From the NCBI GenBank assembly GCA_964604155.1, contig CAZRXY010000101.1, positions 307-64,306 of the forward strand: 64,000 nt of DNA, in the 5' to 3' direction. This document shows, in pieces, positions 17,761-27,402 of the stretch. The translations under genes were made by a program, and so were the position numbers. Source of the stretch: an uncultured Candidatus Cloacimonadota bacterium. GTDB lineage: Bacteria > Cloacimonadota > Cloacimonadia > Cloacimonadales > TCS61. Numbering within the stretch: the first letter of the stretch is position 1; each line of letters starts with the position of its first letter. The notes beneath the pieces are model-generated. The model made no database searches, was not told the origin of the DNA, and was given only the letters and a program-made list of their open reading frames with translations.

Positions 17761-18813
17761 ATGAAATTTTTGATTATTAGCCTAATAATCATGATCAGCA
17801 TATCAGGATGCAGCGCTCCTGAGCTCAAAGATGCAACGCGGGAAGCCTTGCCCCAGTATCTGGAAGAACTAAAGATCGAGCAAACAGAAGAAGAAACCCG
17901 TTATGCTACCCTGGTGGAACTGCAAAATCTTGAGCTCCCTACTTACACAATAGGCTCTGGTAATGAGTTTGATATAAAAGTATATGCTTATGGAGAGGAA
18001 GAACCAGAATATACTACCACAGATGCCATAGTGAAATCTGACGGTAAGATCAGTATTAATTACCTTGATCAAGATGTTTATGTTCTGGGTATGACTATGG
18101 ATGAAGCCAGGAATGAGATCAGAAGGCATATTACGGGTATTCTGGAACCCAAAGTCTCTATGAATCCCAAAAAATTGCAGAGCTCTTTTGTGACTATTAT
18201 GGGTCAGACGGAGCTGCCCGGAAACTACCAGATTAATGCCGGTATGCGGATACTTGATGCTTTAGCAGAAGCCAGAGGCTTCAGAACAGGGCTGGTGAAA
18301 GGTACAGACAAGGAACTGGCAGACCTTTCGGGAAGTTTTATTGTGCGAGATAACAAAGTGCTACCGGTTGATTTTCTGGAATTAGTGAGAAAAGGTAACC
18401 AATTGCACAATATTCCGCTTCAGGATGGAGACTATATATTTATTTCATCACTGGCGAATCAGGAGCTCTATATTCTGGGTGAAATCCTAAATCCAAATGC
18501 TTATCTGTATAAAGAAAATCTCACACTTATTCAATTGATCACTTTTGCCGGAGGTTTCACTAATAATGCTCATAAAAAGGCTTATTTGATCCGTGGTACT
18601 TTGTCTCACCCACGAGTTTTTATCATAGACACAAACGCAATCTTGAGAGGAAATGCTACTGATTTGATATTGAAACCCAATGATATTGTGTATATCCCTC
18701 GTACTATGCTGGGAGATTGGAACCAGGTTATTTCTCAATTACTTCCCTCTCTTCAGGCTATCCAGTCAGGATTTGTTGTAAATACAATAATTAATGATAT
18801 GATGAACAAGTAA
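17761..18813 (+). CDS. Outer-membrane polysaccharide export lipoprotein (Wza/OPX family: Poly_export + SLBB)
   Basis: Lipoprotein signal MKFLIISLIIMISISGC starts at the ATG at 17761; the ORF-track start at 17719 overlaps the upstream gene. Poly_export-like YTIGSGNEFDIKVY and SLBB-like LQDGDYIFI and LKPNDIVYIP. Confidence 0.75.
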   Translation: MKFLIISLIIMISISGCSAPELKDATREALPQYLEELKIEQTEEETRYATLVELQNLELPTYTIGSGNEFDIKVYAYGEEEPEYTTTDAIVKSDGKISINYLDQDVYVLGMTMDEARNEIRRHITGILEPKVSMNPKKLQSSFVTIMGQTELPGNYQINAGMRILDALAEARGFRTGLVKGTDKELADLSGSFIVRDNKVLPVDFLELVRKGNQLHNIPLQDGDYIFISSLANQELYILGEILNPNAYLYKENLTLIQLITFAGGFTNNAHKKAYLIRGTLSHPRVFIIDTNAILRGNATDLILKPNDIVYIPRTMLGDWNQVISQLLPSLQAIQSGFVVNTIINDMMNK

Positions 18814-18836
18814 TTCGTTTATTGGTATGCCCGAGA

Positions 18837-20225
18837 ATGAAATATTTTATCTTCTTTCTTGCCCTGTTTATTGGCGTACCAATTGGCACGATATTAGTCC
18901 GCTCAAACAAAAGAGCAGAAAAGTTAGTTTATTTTCTCTATCTGTTTCTCACTACAGAGGAGATAACGGTAAATTTTATTTCCCGAGAGTTCTACCGTGG
19001 CACTTCAAGAGGATTCGAAGTAGGAATAGTTGATTTAATCGGGATCATATTATACAGTCTCATACTATTTCGGGCAAAAAAAAATCCGCCCCGCCATGTG
19101 CCTCCCGGAGCTCCTATCTATTTTATCCTTTTTGCCTTTTGTCTTATATCTATTACAAATTCTGCCCCAGGTTATGTGATCCATTCTTTTTTTGAAATAT
19201 GGAAGATGGTGAGGATGTATATCTATTTCTGGGTTAATTATAATAATATAATCACCTATGCCCATTATGATTCTATCATATACAGCATAAGAGCGATAAT
19301 CATTTATATCAGCTATCATGTGATCCGGCAAAAATATTTTTTTGGGATTTGGCAGGCCAGAGGACCTTTTCCTCACCAGAATTCTTTAGTGATGTATATG
19401 ATTGTTTTTAATTCCATGGTACTTTCCTATATCTTGAATAAAAAAAAGAAAATCCAATTGTTCTGGTGGGTCATCACGTTCTCCCTCGGCAGCCTCTGTA
19501 TCGTTTCCACCTTTTCCCGAGCAGGTATTGTCTGCTTTGTCCTTTCCTGCATGGTGATTGTGATGCTTTCTTTTGCCGGCGGGGTGAGTCCACGCAAAAT
19601 CGGAGTTACTATTTTAATCATGTTCATAGGGTTACTGGGGGCAGTTCGATCAATGGATTCTATTGTTCTTCGTTTTGAAACAGCCCCTGAAGCGTCTTCC
19701 AATGTGAGAAAAATGCTCGCAGTGGCTGCGGTTAAAATGGCTAATGACAGAACTTTTGGTATTGGCTTGAATAATTTTGGCTTGAAAATCAATCCGCCTT
19801 ATAATTACTCCAGTCATATTGAAGGAGTAACAGACGAGACCAGAGGCGGGCTGGTGGAGACCATATACTTGAGTTTTGCCGCCGAAACCGGCTGGCACAA
19901 CATGGTGGTATATCTAATTCTCATTTTTTATTTCTTTTTTAAGAATATGAATAATTTTGTAAAACATCGAAGGTCAGACTATATTTGGGTGCCCATCGGT
20001 CTGGCTGGAGGTCTTATGGGTATCTATCTGGAATCCGCCCTGGAATGGGTGTTGAAGCAGTCAAATAATTTCTATCAGCTTATGCTTTGCTTTGCAATTA
20101 TCGCCAGTATGGACAGGATGTATAAAAATAAGCAGAGATTAAAATGGCTGCAGTGGAAAAAGAAATTAAAAGCTTTCAGGAAAATTGAAAGGGAGAAGGG
20201 CAAAATCACTGTCCACCACTATTAA
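18837..20225 (+). CDS. O-antigen polymerase/ligase-family (Wzy-like) polytopic membrane protein
   Basis: About 10 hydrophobic helices. Wzy_C-like STFSRAGIVCFVLSCMVIVML followed by a large loop. In-frame ATG at 18837 (MKYFIFFLALF) preferred over the TTG at 18822. Confidence 0.65.
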   Translation: MKYFIFFLALFIGVPIGTILVRSNKRAEKLVYFLYLFLTTEEITVNFISREFYRGTSRGFEVGIVDLIGIILYSLILFRAKKNPPRHVPPGAPIYFILFAFCLISITNSAPGYVIHSFFEIWKMVRMYIYFWVNYNNIITYAHYDSIIYSIRAIIIYISYHVIRQKYFFGIWQARGPFPHQNSLVMYMIVFNSMVLSYILNKKKKIQLFWWVITFSLGSLCIVSTFSRAGIVCFVLSCMVIVMLSFAGGVSPRKIGVTILIMFIGLLGAVRSMDSIVLRFETAPEASSNVRKMLAVAAVKMANDRTFGIGLNNFGLKINPPYNYSSHIEGVTDETRGGLVETIYLSFAAETGWHNMVVYLILIFYFFFKNMNNFVKHRRSDYIWVPIGLAGGLMGIYLESALEWVLKQSNNFYQLMLCFAIIASMDRMYKNKQRLKWLQWKKKLKAFRKIEREKGKITVHHY

Positions 20226-20227
20226 TT

Positions 20228-21409
20228 ATGAAAAACAGATTTTTTAAACTAATTGCAGAGAATCCACTCTGTTTATTTGAGATTGTGTTTTATAATCTCA
20301 AAACACTTCTTCTAAAACTCTCCGGTAAAAAAACTATAGTCTATAATATTCAAATGGATTATTTTTATAATACCTTTGAATCTATCTATATGGAATTATT
20401 AAAGGATAAGAGAATAGTTGTTTTTTTTTCCTATTATGAAGGATTGCAAAAACTGTATAACTATTTAATAACGATCATACCCCCCAAAAGACTTGTCTCA
20501 AGCAAAATATCGCCCTTTGTGTATTTTGATATGTTCATAACTGCAGAAATAAATGGACCCGATTTCCCAGTTTCATTTTTCCCAACCCACAAAATCCAAC
20601 TATATCATGGCATAGGAGTGGCACCGCTCCATAAAAAAAGCAGCGTACTCTCCAATTTTAATACTCATTTTGCCCTCGGAAAGCAACTTGTAGAATTTAT
20701 TGAAACTTTGCCAAACAAAAAAAAAGGTCAAAATGAATATGATGAGGTCGGCTTTCCAAAACTTGATGCTATATGTAATCCTGACCCTGTGGCTGAAAGA
20801 AAACTAAAAAATTTGTACAATATCACAAACCAGTTCGTCATAATTTATGCCCCGCATTGGAACCCAAATGGTTCGCTGCATGTTCTTTCTCTTGATATGA
20901 TAGCTAATCTCACTGAATTGGAAAATGTGATCATCCTGATTAAAGTCCATAATTTTCTCTATACGCGTTTTAAAGAAGAAAGATGGCAGGAAAAGCTTGA
21001 GCAATTCGCTAATGTTTATGAAAACGTGTTTTATGTTACCAGACCAAACACACAGGAGATATTTCCACTGGGTGATTTATTGATCACAGATGCTTTAACT
21101 ACCGCCGGCTTTGAATTTTCATTAACACTGAAACCGGTTTTTGCTTTCAGCAGCCCGGGATGGTTCAAAGAAAACCCGCATTGTGCTGTGGAAAGAGAGA
21201 TTGTGAATACATCAATTTGTTTCTCAAACGCCGATGAAGTCTATGAATATACCAGACAGCTTGTGGCAGGAGAACCCGAAATGATAGATAAGATCAAAGT
21301 ACAAAAGAAGAAGCAAAAAGAATTGATAGAAAAATTCCTTTTTAATCCAGGCACAGCTACGCAGGCGGCTGTTAAAGTAATTTACAGGGAGCTTAATCTT
21401 GAAAAATAG
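20228..21409 (+). CDS. TagB/TagF-family CDP-glycerol/ribitol phosphotransferase-like enzyme (copy 1)
   Basis: VIIYAPHWNP (compare ILYAPTWR), ILIKVHNF, GDLLITDALTTAGFEF (compare DxLITDYSSxxFDF). Length of 393 aa matches TagB-size enzymes. Confidence 0.6.
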   Translation: MKNRFFKLIAENPLCLFEIVFYNLKTLLLKLSGKKTIVYNIQMDYFYNTFESIYMELLKDKRIVVFFSYYEGLQKLYNYLITIIPPKRLVSSKISPFVYFDMFITAEINGPDFPVSFFPTHKIQLYHGIGVAPLHKKSSVLSNFNTHFALGKQLVEFIETLPNKKKGQNEYDEVGFPKLDAICNPDPVAERKLKNLYNITNQFVIIYAPHWNPNGSLHVLSLDMIANLTELENVIILIKVHNFLYTRFKEERWQEKLEQFANVYENVFYVTRPNTQEIFPLGDLLITDALTTAGFEFSLTLKPVFAFSSPGWFKENPHCAVEREIVNTSICFSNADEVYEYTRQLVAGEPEMIDKIKVQKKKQKELIEKFLFNPGTATQAAVKVIYRELNLEK

Positions 21410-22586
21410 ATTTATCAGATATATTATATCCCGGCCATCAAATTGCTTTGAGATTATATTCTGGAATTGCAAAATTATCCTATTGAAGTTACAAAGAAAA
21501 AAGATTATAGTCTTCAATATCCAGACTGATTATTTCTATAATATCTTTGAACCCGTATATCTGGCTCTATTACAAAATCCAAAAATCCAGGTATTCTTTG
21601 CAGTCCTGGATAGAGATATATCCCTGAAAAAATTCCTGCGGGATTTTTTGCCCCCAAACCGAATTATTCCAAGTACTCTTTCCCCTTTCATATGTTTTGA
21701 TCTTTTTATCACTGCAGATATCAATGGTCCCGATTTGCCTTCGTCCATATTCCATACTCCCAAGATTCAGATGTATCATGGAGTTGGCGTTTATCCTCTT
21801 TACCACAAAAAGAAAATCCTCTCTCATTTCAATATCCATTTCGCAATAGGTCCACAATTTGTGGAATTTGTCAAAACTCTGCCACATAATAAAAAAAATC
21901 AAAATAATTGCGAACTGATTGGCTATCCAAAACTGGATGCCCTTTTTGAACCCAGTGATGAGCACACTAAAAAACTCAGGAAATTGTATGATATTGGTAA
22001 TAATTTCGTGATTCTTTACACCCCGCATTGGAATCCTTATGGTTCTCTACATCTGCTTAAACTTGATATGTTAGAGGAACTGGCAAAATTAGAAAATGTG
22101 AAAATCCTTATCAAAGTCCATCATTTTCTCTTTACAAAGTACGAAGATGAAAAATGGGAAACCAAGCTGCAGGATATTGCCGCAAAACACGAGAACGTCA
22201 TCTATGTTACCAGGCCAAACACCCAGGAGATATTTCCGCTGGGAGACATGCTGATCACTGATACCGGCACTACCGCAGCTTTTGAATTTTCCGTCACAAA
22301 AAAACCGGTCTTTGTGTTTTATAACCAGGAATGGTTTGAGAATAACCAAAATACAGAAGTGGAAAGAACCATCACCCAAACTGCCATAAATTTCACTACA
22401 ACAGATGAAATCCTCGATTATGTGATAAAACTTATGAATAATGACAGTGAATTCGGTAAAGAAATCTCTCTTCAGAAGGAAAAACAGGAGCAGATGATAA
22501 AAAAATTTCTCTATAATCCAGGATGTGCTACGATTGCTGCTCTCGATGTCATAAAAAAAATACTCAGGATTTATGATGGAAGATAA
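21399..22586 (+). CDS. TagB/TagF-family phosphotransferase-like enzyme (copy 2, tandem paralog)
   Basis: Collinear with copy 1 over its full length: MKNRF.., NIQxDYFYN, FITAxINGPD, KIQxYHGxGV, YxPHWNPxGSLH, ILIKVH, YVTRPNTQEIFPLGDxLITD. The start overlaps the copy-1 stop by 11 nt. Confidence 0.6.
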   Translation: MKNRFIRYIISRPSNCFEIIFWNCKIILLKLQRKKIIVFNIQTDYFYNIFEPVYLALLQNPKIQVFFAVLDRDISLKKFLRDFLPPNRIIPSTLSPFICFDLFITADINGPDLPSSIFHTPKIQMYHGVGVYPLYHKKKILSHFNIHFAIGPQFVEFVKTLPHNKKNQNNCELIGYPKLDALFEPSDEHTKKLRKLYDIGNNFVILYTPHWNPYGSLHLLKLDMLEELAKLENVKILIKVHHFLFTKYEDEKWETKLQDIAAKHENVIYVTRPNTQEIFPLGDMLITDTGTTAAFEFSVTKKPVFVFYNQEWFENNQNTEVERTITQTAINFTTTDEILDYVIKLMNNDSEFGKEISLQKEKQEQMIKKFLYNPGCATIAALDVIKKILRIYDGR

Positions 22587-24138
22587 TATTAAAAAGCTCA
22601 TTTTCTGGAATACTTCAGCAAATTATGCGCTAACTATCACGCGATTCTTCACTCAGATCATTCTTACCCGTATCCTCTTTCTCAATCTTGGCGAGCTTTC
22701 TTATGGCTTCTGGGCTCTTATCTGGTCTATCTTCGGATATAGCCTCCTGCTCGATTTCGGCTTTGGCACCTCTGTCCAAAAATACTCGGCTGAAGTGACT
22801 GTAACAAGTGATTATGAGAAATATAATCGTCAAGTATCCACCGTGATAACTTCCTATGCCATTATGTCCTTTGTTATTATCTCTGCCACGCTCATCATGG
22901 CGCAATTTATTTCAAAATTGTTTATCTTCCCCGAAGGTACGGATATAGTTTATTATCAAAGGGTTTTTATCTTTTTTGGCATCGGTTCTGCTCTCACTTT
23001 CCCTACAGGCGCCTTCACGGAAATTCTGCGAGGCATTAATAGGATCTATCTTCGCAACCTGATTAGTTTTATCGTCCTCTGGCTTAATTTTGCCGGTATC
23101 CTTATCATTTTCCACTTCGGTTACGGGCTACTGGAACTGGCTATTTTTTCTGTCATTATCAATCTTATTAAAAACCTTTCCATGGCTGCCACCTGTTTTA
23201 AGTTTCTGCCTAAGTTAAGAATTCTGCCTAAATTCTTTCAGCTCGGGATGCTCAGAGAAGTCGTTAGCTTCAGTATATTTGCCTATCTGATTATGTTTGC
23301 CAATATCATTATCTTCAAAACGGATCAGATCGTTCTCGGTGTAATGCTCGGTATCACAGCAGTTTCTATATATCAAGTCTCATCTCGTGCTGCTAACCTG
23401 CTGCTCCAATTCACTCACCAATTCCAGGAAACTCTCACCCCAGTTGCCGCTGCTCTGCATAAAGATGGCCAGCATGGCAGGCTGCGCCGCATCTTATTTA
23501 ATTCAAACCGCATTATTGCCATCGCTTCCACACTCCTCTTCATAATTCTCACTGCTCTCATAAAACCCGTACTCCTTATCTGGCTCGATATAGACCCCTC
23601 AAACCCAAAATTCGCTGATTCTTATAACGATATTATCCACATTGCCTATATTATGAATGTTTCTATCTATCTCTTACTGGTTTTCCGCAGCGGCTCTTCC
23701 AAGGTGCTGCTGATGACGGGCTCTCACAAATTCCTCTCCTATGTAGCCATCGCAGAGAGCATTATGAATATTGGATTTTCGGTTTTATTTATTAAATTGA
23801 TCGGGGTGGTCGGTGTTGCCATTGGGACGCTTATCCCTAATGTTATCCTCGGACTATTTGTTATATTCCCCAAAGCTGCTCGTTATAGCCAGGTTTCCAT
23901 TGCAAAAACAATCTTCAAAATCTATCTCCCGCTTGCTTTAGTATGCCTGCCTCCGCTTATATTTGTAAGCTATATTAATTTCAAAATTCCACTTTTAGAA
24001 TGGCACTTCTTTACCCTGGTCTGGGTTTCAGCTCTCATCACGCTGCTATATCTTATCTCTGCCTGGTTCCTCATGCTTTCTGCCGGAGAACGGGATAAAA
24101 CTATTCAATTCATCCGTAAATTTCTTCCCGCCAGATGA
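22573..24138 (+). CDS. Wzx-type polysaccharide flippase (MOP superfamily)
   Basis: 521 aa with ~12-14 TM helices, located in a polysaccharide locus. The N-terminus ANYALTITRFFTQIILTRIL is typical of polysaccharide biosynthesis (PST) proteins. Confidence 0.7.
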   Translation: MMEDNIKKLIFWNTSANYALTITRFFTQIILTRILFLNLGELSYGFWALIWSIFGYSLLLDFGFGTSVQKYSAEVTVTSDYEKYNRQVSTVITSYAIMSFVIISATLIMAQFISKLFIFPEGTDIVYYQRVFIFFGIGSALTFPTGAFTEILRGINRIYLRNLISFIVLWLNFAGILIIFHFGYGLLELAIFSVIINLIKNLSMAATCFKFLPKLRILPKFFQLGMLREVVSFSIFAYLIMFANIIIFKTDQIVLGVMLGITAVSIYQVSSRAANLLLQFTHQFQETLTPVAAALHKDGQHGRLRRILFNSNRIIAIASTLLFIILTALIKPVLLIWLDIDPSNPKFADSYNDIIHIAYIMNVSIYLLLVFRSGSSKVLLMTGSHKFLSYVAIAESIMNIGFSVLFIKLIGVVGVAIGTLIPNVILGLFVIFPKAARYSQVSIAKTIFKIYLPLALVCLPPLIFVSYINFKIPLLEWHFFTLVWVSALITLLYLISAWFLMLSAGERDKTIQFIRKFLPAR

Positions 24139-24716
24139 TGCAGGCAGCAATATTTCTTGACCGTGATGGTGTGATCAATCCCGATCCGGGTTACATTAAT
24201 AATCCTGCTGCTCTAAACCTGTACCCCTTCACTGCCCAGGCTGTAAGAAATTTTAATTGCCTTGGCTATAAAGTTATAGTGGTTACAAATCAAAGCGGCA
24301 TTGCCAGAGGTCTGGTCACAATAGATCAGATGAACGCTATTCACCAGAAACTTATTGATGATCTGGCTGCCCAAAAGGCGATCATTGATAAAATATATTT
24401 TTCTCCTTACCACATTGATGGATATGTGCCGCCCTATAATATCAATCACGAAGACCGCAAACCCGATATCGGCATGTTCAAAAAAGCCTGCCGGGATTTT
24501 GCTCTTGACCCCTCAACCTCATTTATGATTGGTGACCGCAGGTCTGATATGATCTTTGCCCACATGGCAAATCTTACCAGTATCCTGGTTTTGACGGGAG
24601 ATGGGAAAAAAGACCTTCTTAGTGAAGGATTGCTTGATTCGGAATTTGCCCCGGATTATGCCGCGCAAGACCTGCTGGCAGCAAGCTTCCTCATTAAAAT
24701 GCTGGTTAAGGATTGA
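24135..24716 (+). CDS. HAD-IIIA phosphatase, GmhB (D,D-heptose 1,7-bisphosphate phosphatase)-like
   Basis: HAD motifs AIFLDRDGVIN, VVTNQSG, DRKPDIGM and MIGDRRSDM. The Cys-rich zinc loop of classical GmhB is not evident. Confidence 0.75.
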   Translation: MMQAAIFLDRDGVINPDPGYINNPAALNLYPFTAQAVRNFNCLGYKVIVVTNQSGIARGLVTIDQMNAIHQKLIDDLAAQKAIIDKIYFSPYHIDGYVPPYNINHEDRKPDIGMFKKACRDFALDPSTSFMIGDRRSDMIFAHMANLTSILVLTGDGKKDLLSEGLLDSEFAPDYAAQDLLAASFLIKMLVKD

Positions 24717-24717
24717 T

Positions 24718-25614
24718 ATGAAAAATAGAATTTGGCTGGTGATGGTCTTTTTCAGTATTATCGCAGGCTGCGGTAGAAACAGCATTCTGGATAATCATGA
24801 TGATGAACCGAATATCAACGAGCTTAGTTTTGGTACAGATGAAACTCTGGAAATCGTTACCTGGAATATCCAGAATTTCCCTAAAGCCGGTAACGAAACA
24901 GTTACTCTTGTAGTGGATTTTATTGAGCAGCTTGATGCAGATATCATCTGCCTGCAGGAAATTGAAGATAATGCCAAATTTATCTTGCTGAACAACGAAC
25001 TACCCGGGTGGGACGGCTTTAGAACAGATAGTGCTGCCTATAGCATCAATCTCGCTTTGCTATATAAAAACACCTCCGATTTTCAGCTTCTATCTATCCG
25101 CGAGCTTTTCACAGATGACTGGTACGCTTTTCCAAGACCACCACTGCAAATCGAATTTCTCTGGAATAATGAGATATTTTTTGTTATAAATAATCACCTG
25201 AAAGCAAGTGGTGGTGAAGAAAATGAAGAACGCAGAAGACTCGCCTGCCTCGCTTTGGCAGATTATGTGATCTCCACCTTACCGCAAAACAACGTGATCA
25301 TAGCGGGAGACCTTAATGATCTGATCATTGATCCTCCGGCAAATAATGTATTTCAAGTATTCTTGCAGCAACCGGATGATTTCCTCTTTGCCGATTATGA
25401 TATTGCCTATGGACCGCCTGATCAGTGGTCATGGAATAATGGCGCTTCTCATCTTGACCATATTATAATCAGTAACGAATTATTCTCAGAATTCTCAAAT
25501 CCCGGCTCTCTGATAAAAACTATCAGAATAGATGAATTTATGCCCGGGGGCTGGAATGATTATGATGAATTGATCTCAGACCACCGTCCCGTTGCACTGA
25601 GGCTCGAATTCTAA
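24718..25614 (+). CDS. Endonuclease/exonuclease/phosphatase (EEP) family lipoprotein
   Basis: Lipoprotein signal MKNRIWLVMVFFSIIAGC at the ATG at 24718; the ORF-track start at 24601 overlaps the HAD gene. EEP motifs LEIVTWNIQNF, DIICLQEI, IIAGDLND and SDHRPV. Confidence 0.8.
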   Translation: MKNRIWLVMVFFSIIAGCGRNSILDNHDDEPNINELSFGTDETLEIVTWNIQNFPKAGNETVTLVVDFIEQLDADIICLQEIEDNAKFILLNNELPGWDGFRTDSAAYSINLALLYKNTSDFQLLSIRELFTDDWYAFPRPPLQIEFLWNNEIFFVINNHLKASGGEENEERRRLACLALADYVISTLPQNNVIIAGDLNDLIIDPPANNVFQVFLQQPDDFLFADYDIAYGPPDQWSWNNGASHLDHIIISNELFSEFSNPGSLIKTIRIDEFMPGGWNDYDELISDHRPVALRLEF

Positions 25615-26027
25615 TGCTGTCCCGGATATATAAATTAATTTTCTGTTCTATTCATCTGCCTCAAAATATCTTAATCAGTCTTTTCTTTATGCTCACTATC
25701 CTGAATATTCTCGATGCCGTTTCCACCTGGAAAGTCGTAAAGATTGGCAATAATAAAAATGAGAAAAATCCCCTCGCCAGAATGCTTTTTAACCTCATTG
25801 GTCCAATCCCTGCGATGATTATACTCAAAGGAATTGCCATTCTCATTATTGCCTATATTATGCTCAATTTCAAAAAATTTAAACCGGAAGTAGATACATT
25901 CATGATTATCCTCAATCTTATCTATCTCTGGATTGTTATCCACAATTTTCATGTGCTAAAACGAATGAACTGCTATCTAAGGTCGGATTATAATGGAAAA
26001 TATCAGAAAAGATCATATTCTGGCTGA
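25614..26027 (+). CDS. Small 4-TM membrane protein of unknown function
   Basis: The start overlaps the previous stop (taATG). Hydrophobic helices and an ILDAVSTWKVV..NEKNPLARML motif. Family not firmly recognised. Confidence 0.45.
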   Translation: MLSRIYKLIFCSIHLPQNILISLFFMLTILNILDAVSTWKVVKIGNNKNEKNPLARMLFNLIGPIPAMIILKGIAILIIAYIMLNFKKFKPEVDTFMIILNLIYLWIVIHNFHVLKRMNCYLRSDYNGKYQKRSYSG

Positions 26028-27348
26028 CGATAATATCGGCAGACTTCACTGGAAATTAGCTGTTCCAGCTATGGTGGGTATGTTCGTGATGGCACTATAT
26101 AACCTGGTGGACACAATCTTTGTCGGCAGGTTTGTAGGCACAAATGCAATAGCAGGACTTTCGGTATCTTTCCCTATGCAGATGATCGTGATGGGTTTTG
26201 GTATTATGAATGGTATTGGTGCTTCTGCACTGATATCTATCAGTTTAGGCGAGGGTAATCGTGATAAAGCCAATAAGATTTTCCATAATGCCCTGCTTCT
26301 AACCGTGATATATGGATTAGCTTTTACTATTGGCATCCAGGTATTCTTAGACAAAATTATTGTACTGTTTGGTGCCAGCCCGGATGTGCTGCCGCTTGCC
26401 CGTGATTATCTGCGGATCATCATGCTGGGATCTACCTTCCAGATTGCTGCCATGACAGGTAATAATATCATTCGTTCCGAGGGGCAGGCAAAAATTGCCA
26501 TGATCTCAATGGCTGGCGGGGCAGGGCTTAATATTATTCTGGACGCAATCTTTATTATTATACTAAAAATGGGCGTGCCGGGAGTAGCGTTGGGAACGGT
26601 TATCGCCCAGATTTTTCAAACCGTATATCAGTACTTATATTTTAAGAGTCCCAAAAGCTCATTATTATACAAATTGCAAATAAATGAATTTAATTTTAGC
26701 ATAGTAAAAAAAATCAGTAGAATAGGTATTGCCTCATTTTTCCGCAATATCTCCGGTTCGTTGATGATGATAATTTTCAATAATGTGCTGCGTTTTCACG
26801 GTGGTGGACTGGCTCTTGCTGCGGCAGGCGTTATTTTCCGCTTTCTGCATTTCACCTTTATGCCCGTTGTAGGTATTTCTCAGGGAATGCAGCCTATAGT
26901 AGGTTTCAATTTTGGTGCCAGGAAACCTCACAAGGTTATGCAGGCTCTCAAAATAGCGTCTATACGTGCTTCAATGATCTCGATCGCTTCATTTATCTTC
27001 GTGATGCTCTTTCCCCGCTTGATTGTGAGCATTTTCACTACAGATGAGGAATTAATAGAGATGGCATCCAAAGCCATTCGCCTGATGTTTGCCGGCACTT
27101 TTGTGATTGGCTTTCAGGTTGTGGGAGCCACTTTTTTCCAGGCTGTTAATAAGGCTTTGCCCTCATTTATTTTATCTATCAGCAGGCAATTGCTTTTTTT
27201 AATCCCCCTGCTCCTGATACTGCCTCATTATTTTGGGCTCTATGGTGCCTGGATATCTCATCCCGTCTCGGATTATCTCTCCGTGATCATCACCTCATTA
27301 TTCCTCTGGAAAGAGGTAAAAAGTTTCAGGGCAGAATCAGCGAACTAA
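25993..27348 (+). CDS. MATE-family efflux transporter
   Basis: 451 aa with 12 TM helices. The N-terminus LHWKLAVPAMVGMFVMALYNLVDTIFVGRFVG is typical of MatE repeats. Confidence 0.85.
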   Translation: MENIRKDHILADDNIGRLHWKLAVPAMVGMFVMALYNLVDTIFVGRFVGTNAIAGLSVSFPMQMIVMGFGIMNGIGASALISISLGEGNRDKANKIFHNALLLTVIYGLAFTIGIQVFLDKIIVLFGASPDVLPLARDYLRIIMLGSTFQIAAMTGNNIIRSEGQAKIAMISMAGGAGLNIILDAIFIIILKMGVPGVALGTVIAQIFQTVYQYLYFKSPKSSLLYKLQINEFNFSIVKKISRIGIASFFRNISGSLMMIIFNNVLRFHGGGLALAAAGVIFRFLHFTFMPVVGISQGMQPIVGFNFGARKPHKVMQALKIASIRASMISIASFIFVMLFPRLIVSIFTTDEELIEMASKAIRLMFAGTFVIGFQVVGATFFQAVNKALPSFILSISRQLLFLIPLLLILPHYFGLYGAWISHPVSDYLSVIITSLFLWKEVKSFRAESAN

Positions 27349-27402
27349 TGTTTTGCAAATTTTTGTGGCAATATTAAATTTTTAGTATATTGGAGGATAT
27401 AG

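Noticed and set aside
24601-24717. N-terminal extensions given by the ORF track (24601 for the EEP gene, 17719 for wza-like, 18822 for wzy-like, 43331 for the permease, 32380 for the TPR gene).
   Set aside because: In each case an internal in-frame ATG begins a clean signal peptide, lipobox or first TM helix. The extension overlaps the preceding gene or lacks an SD.
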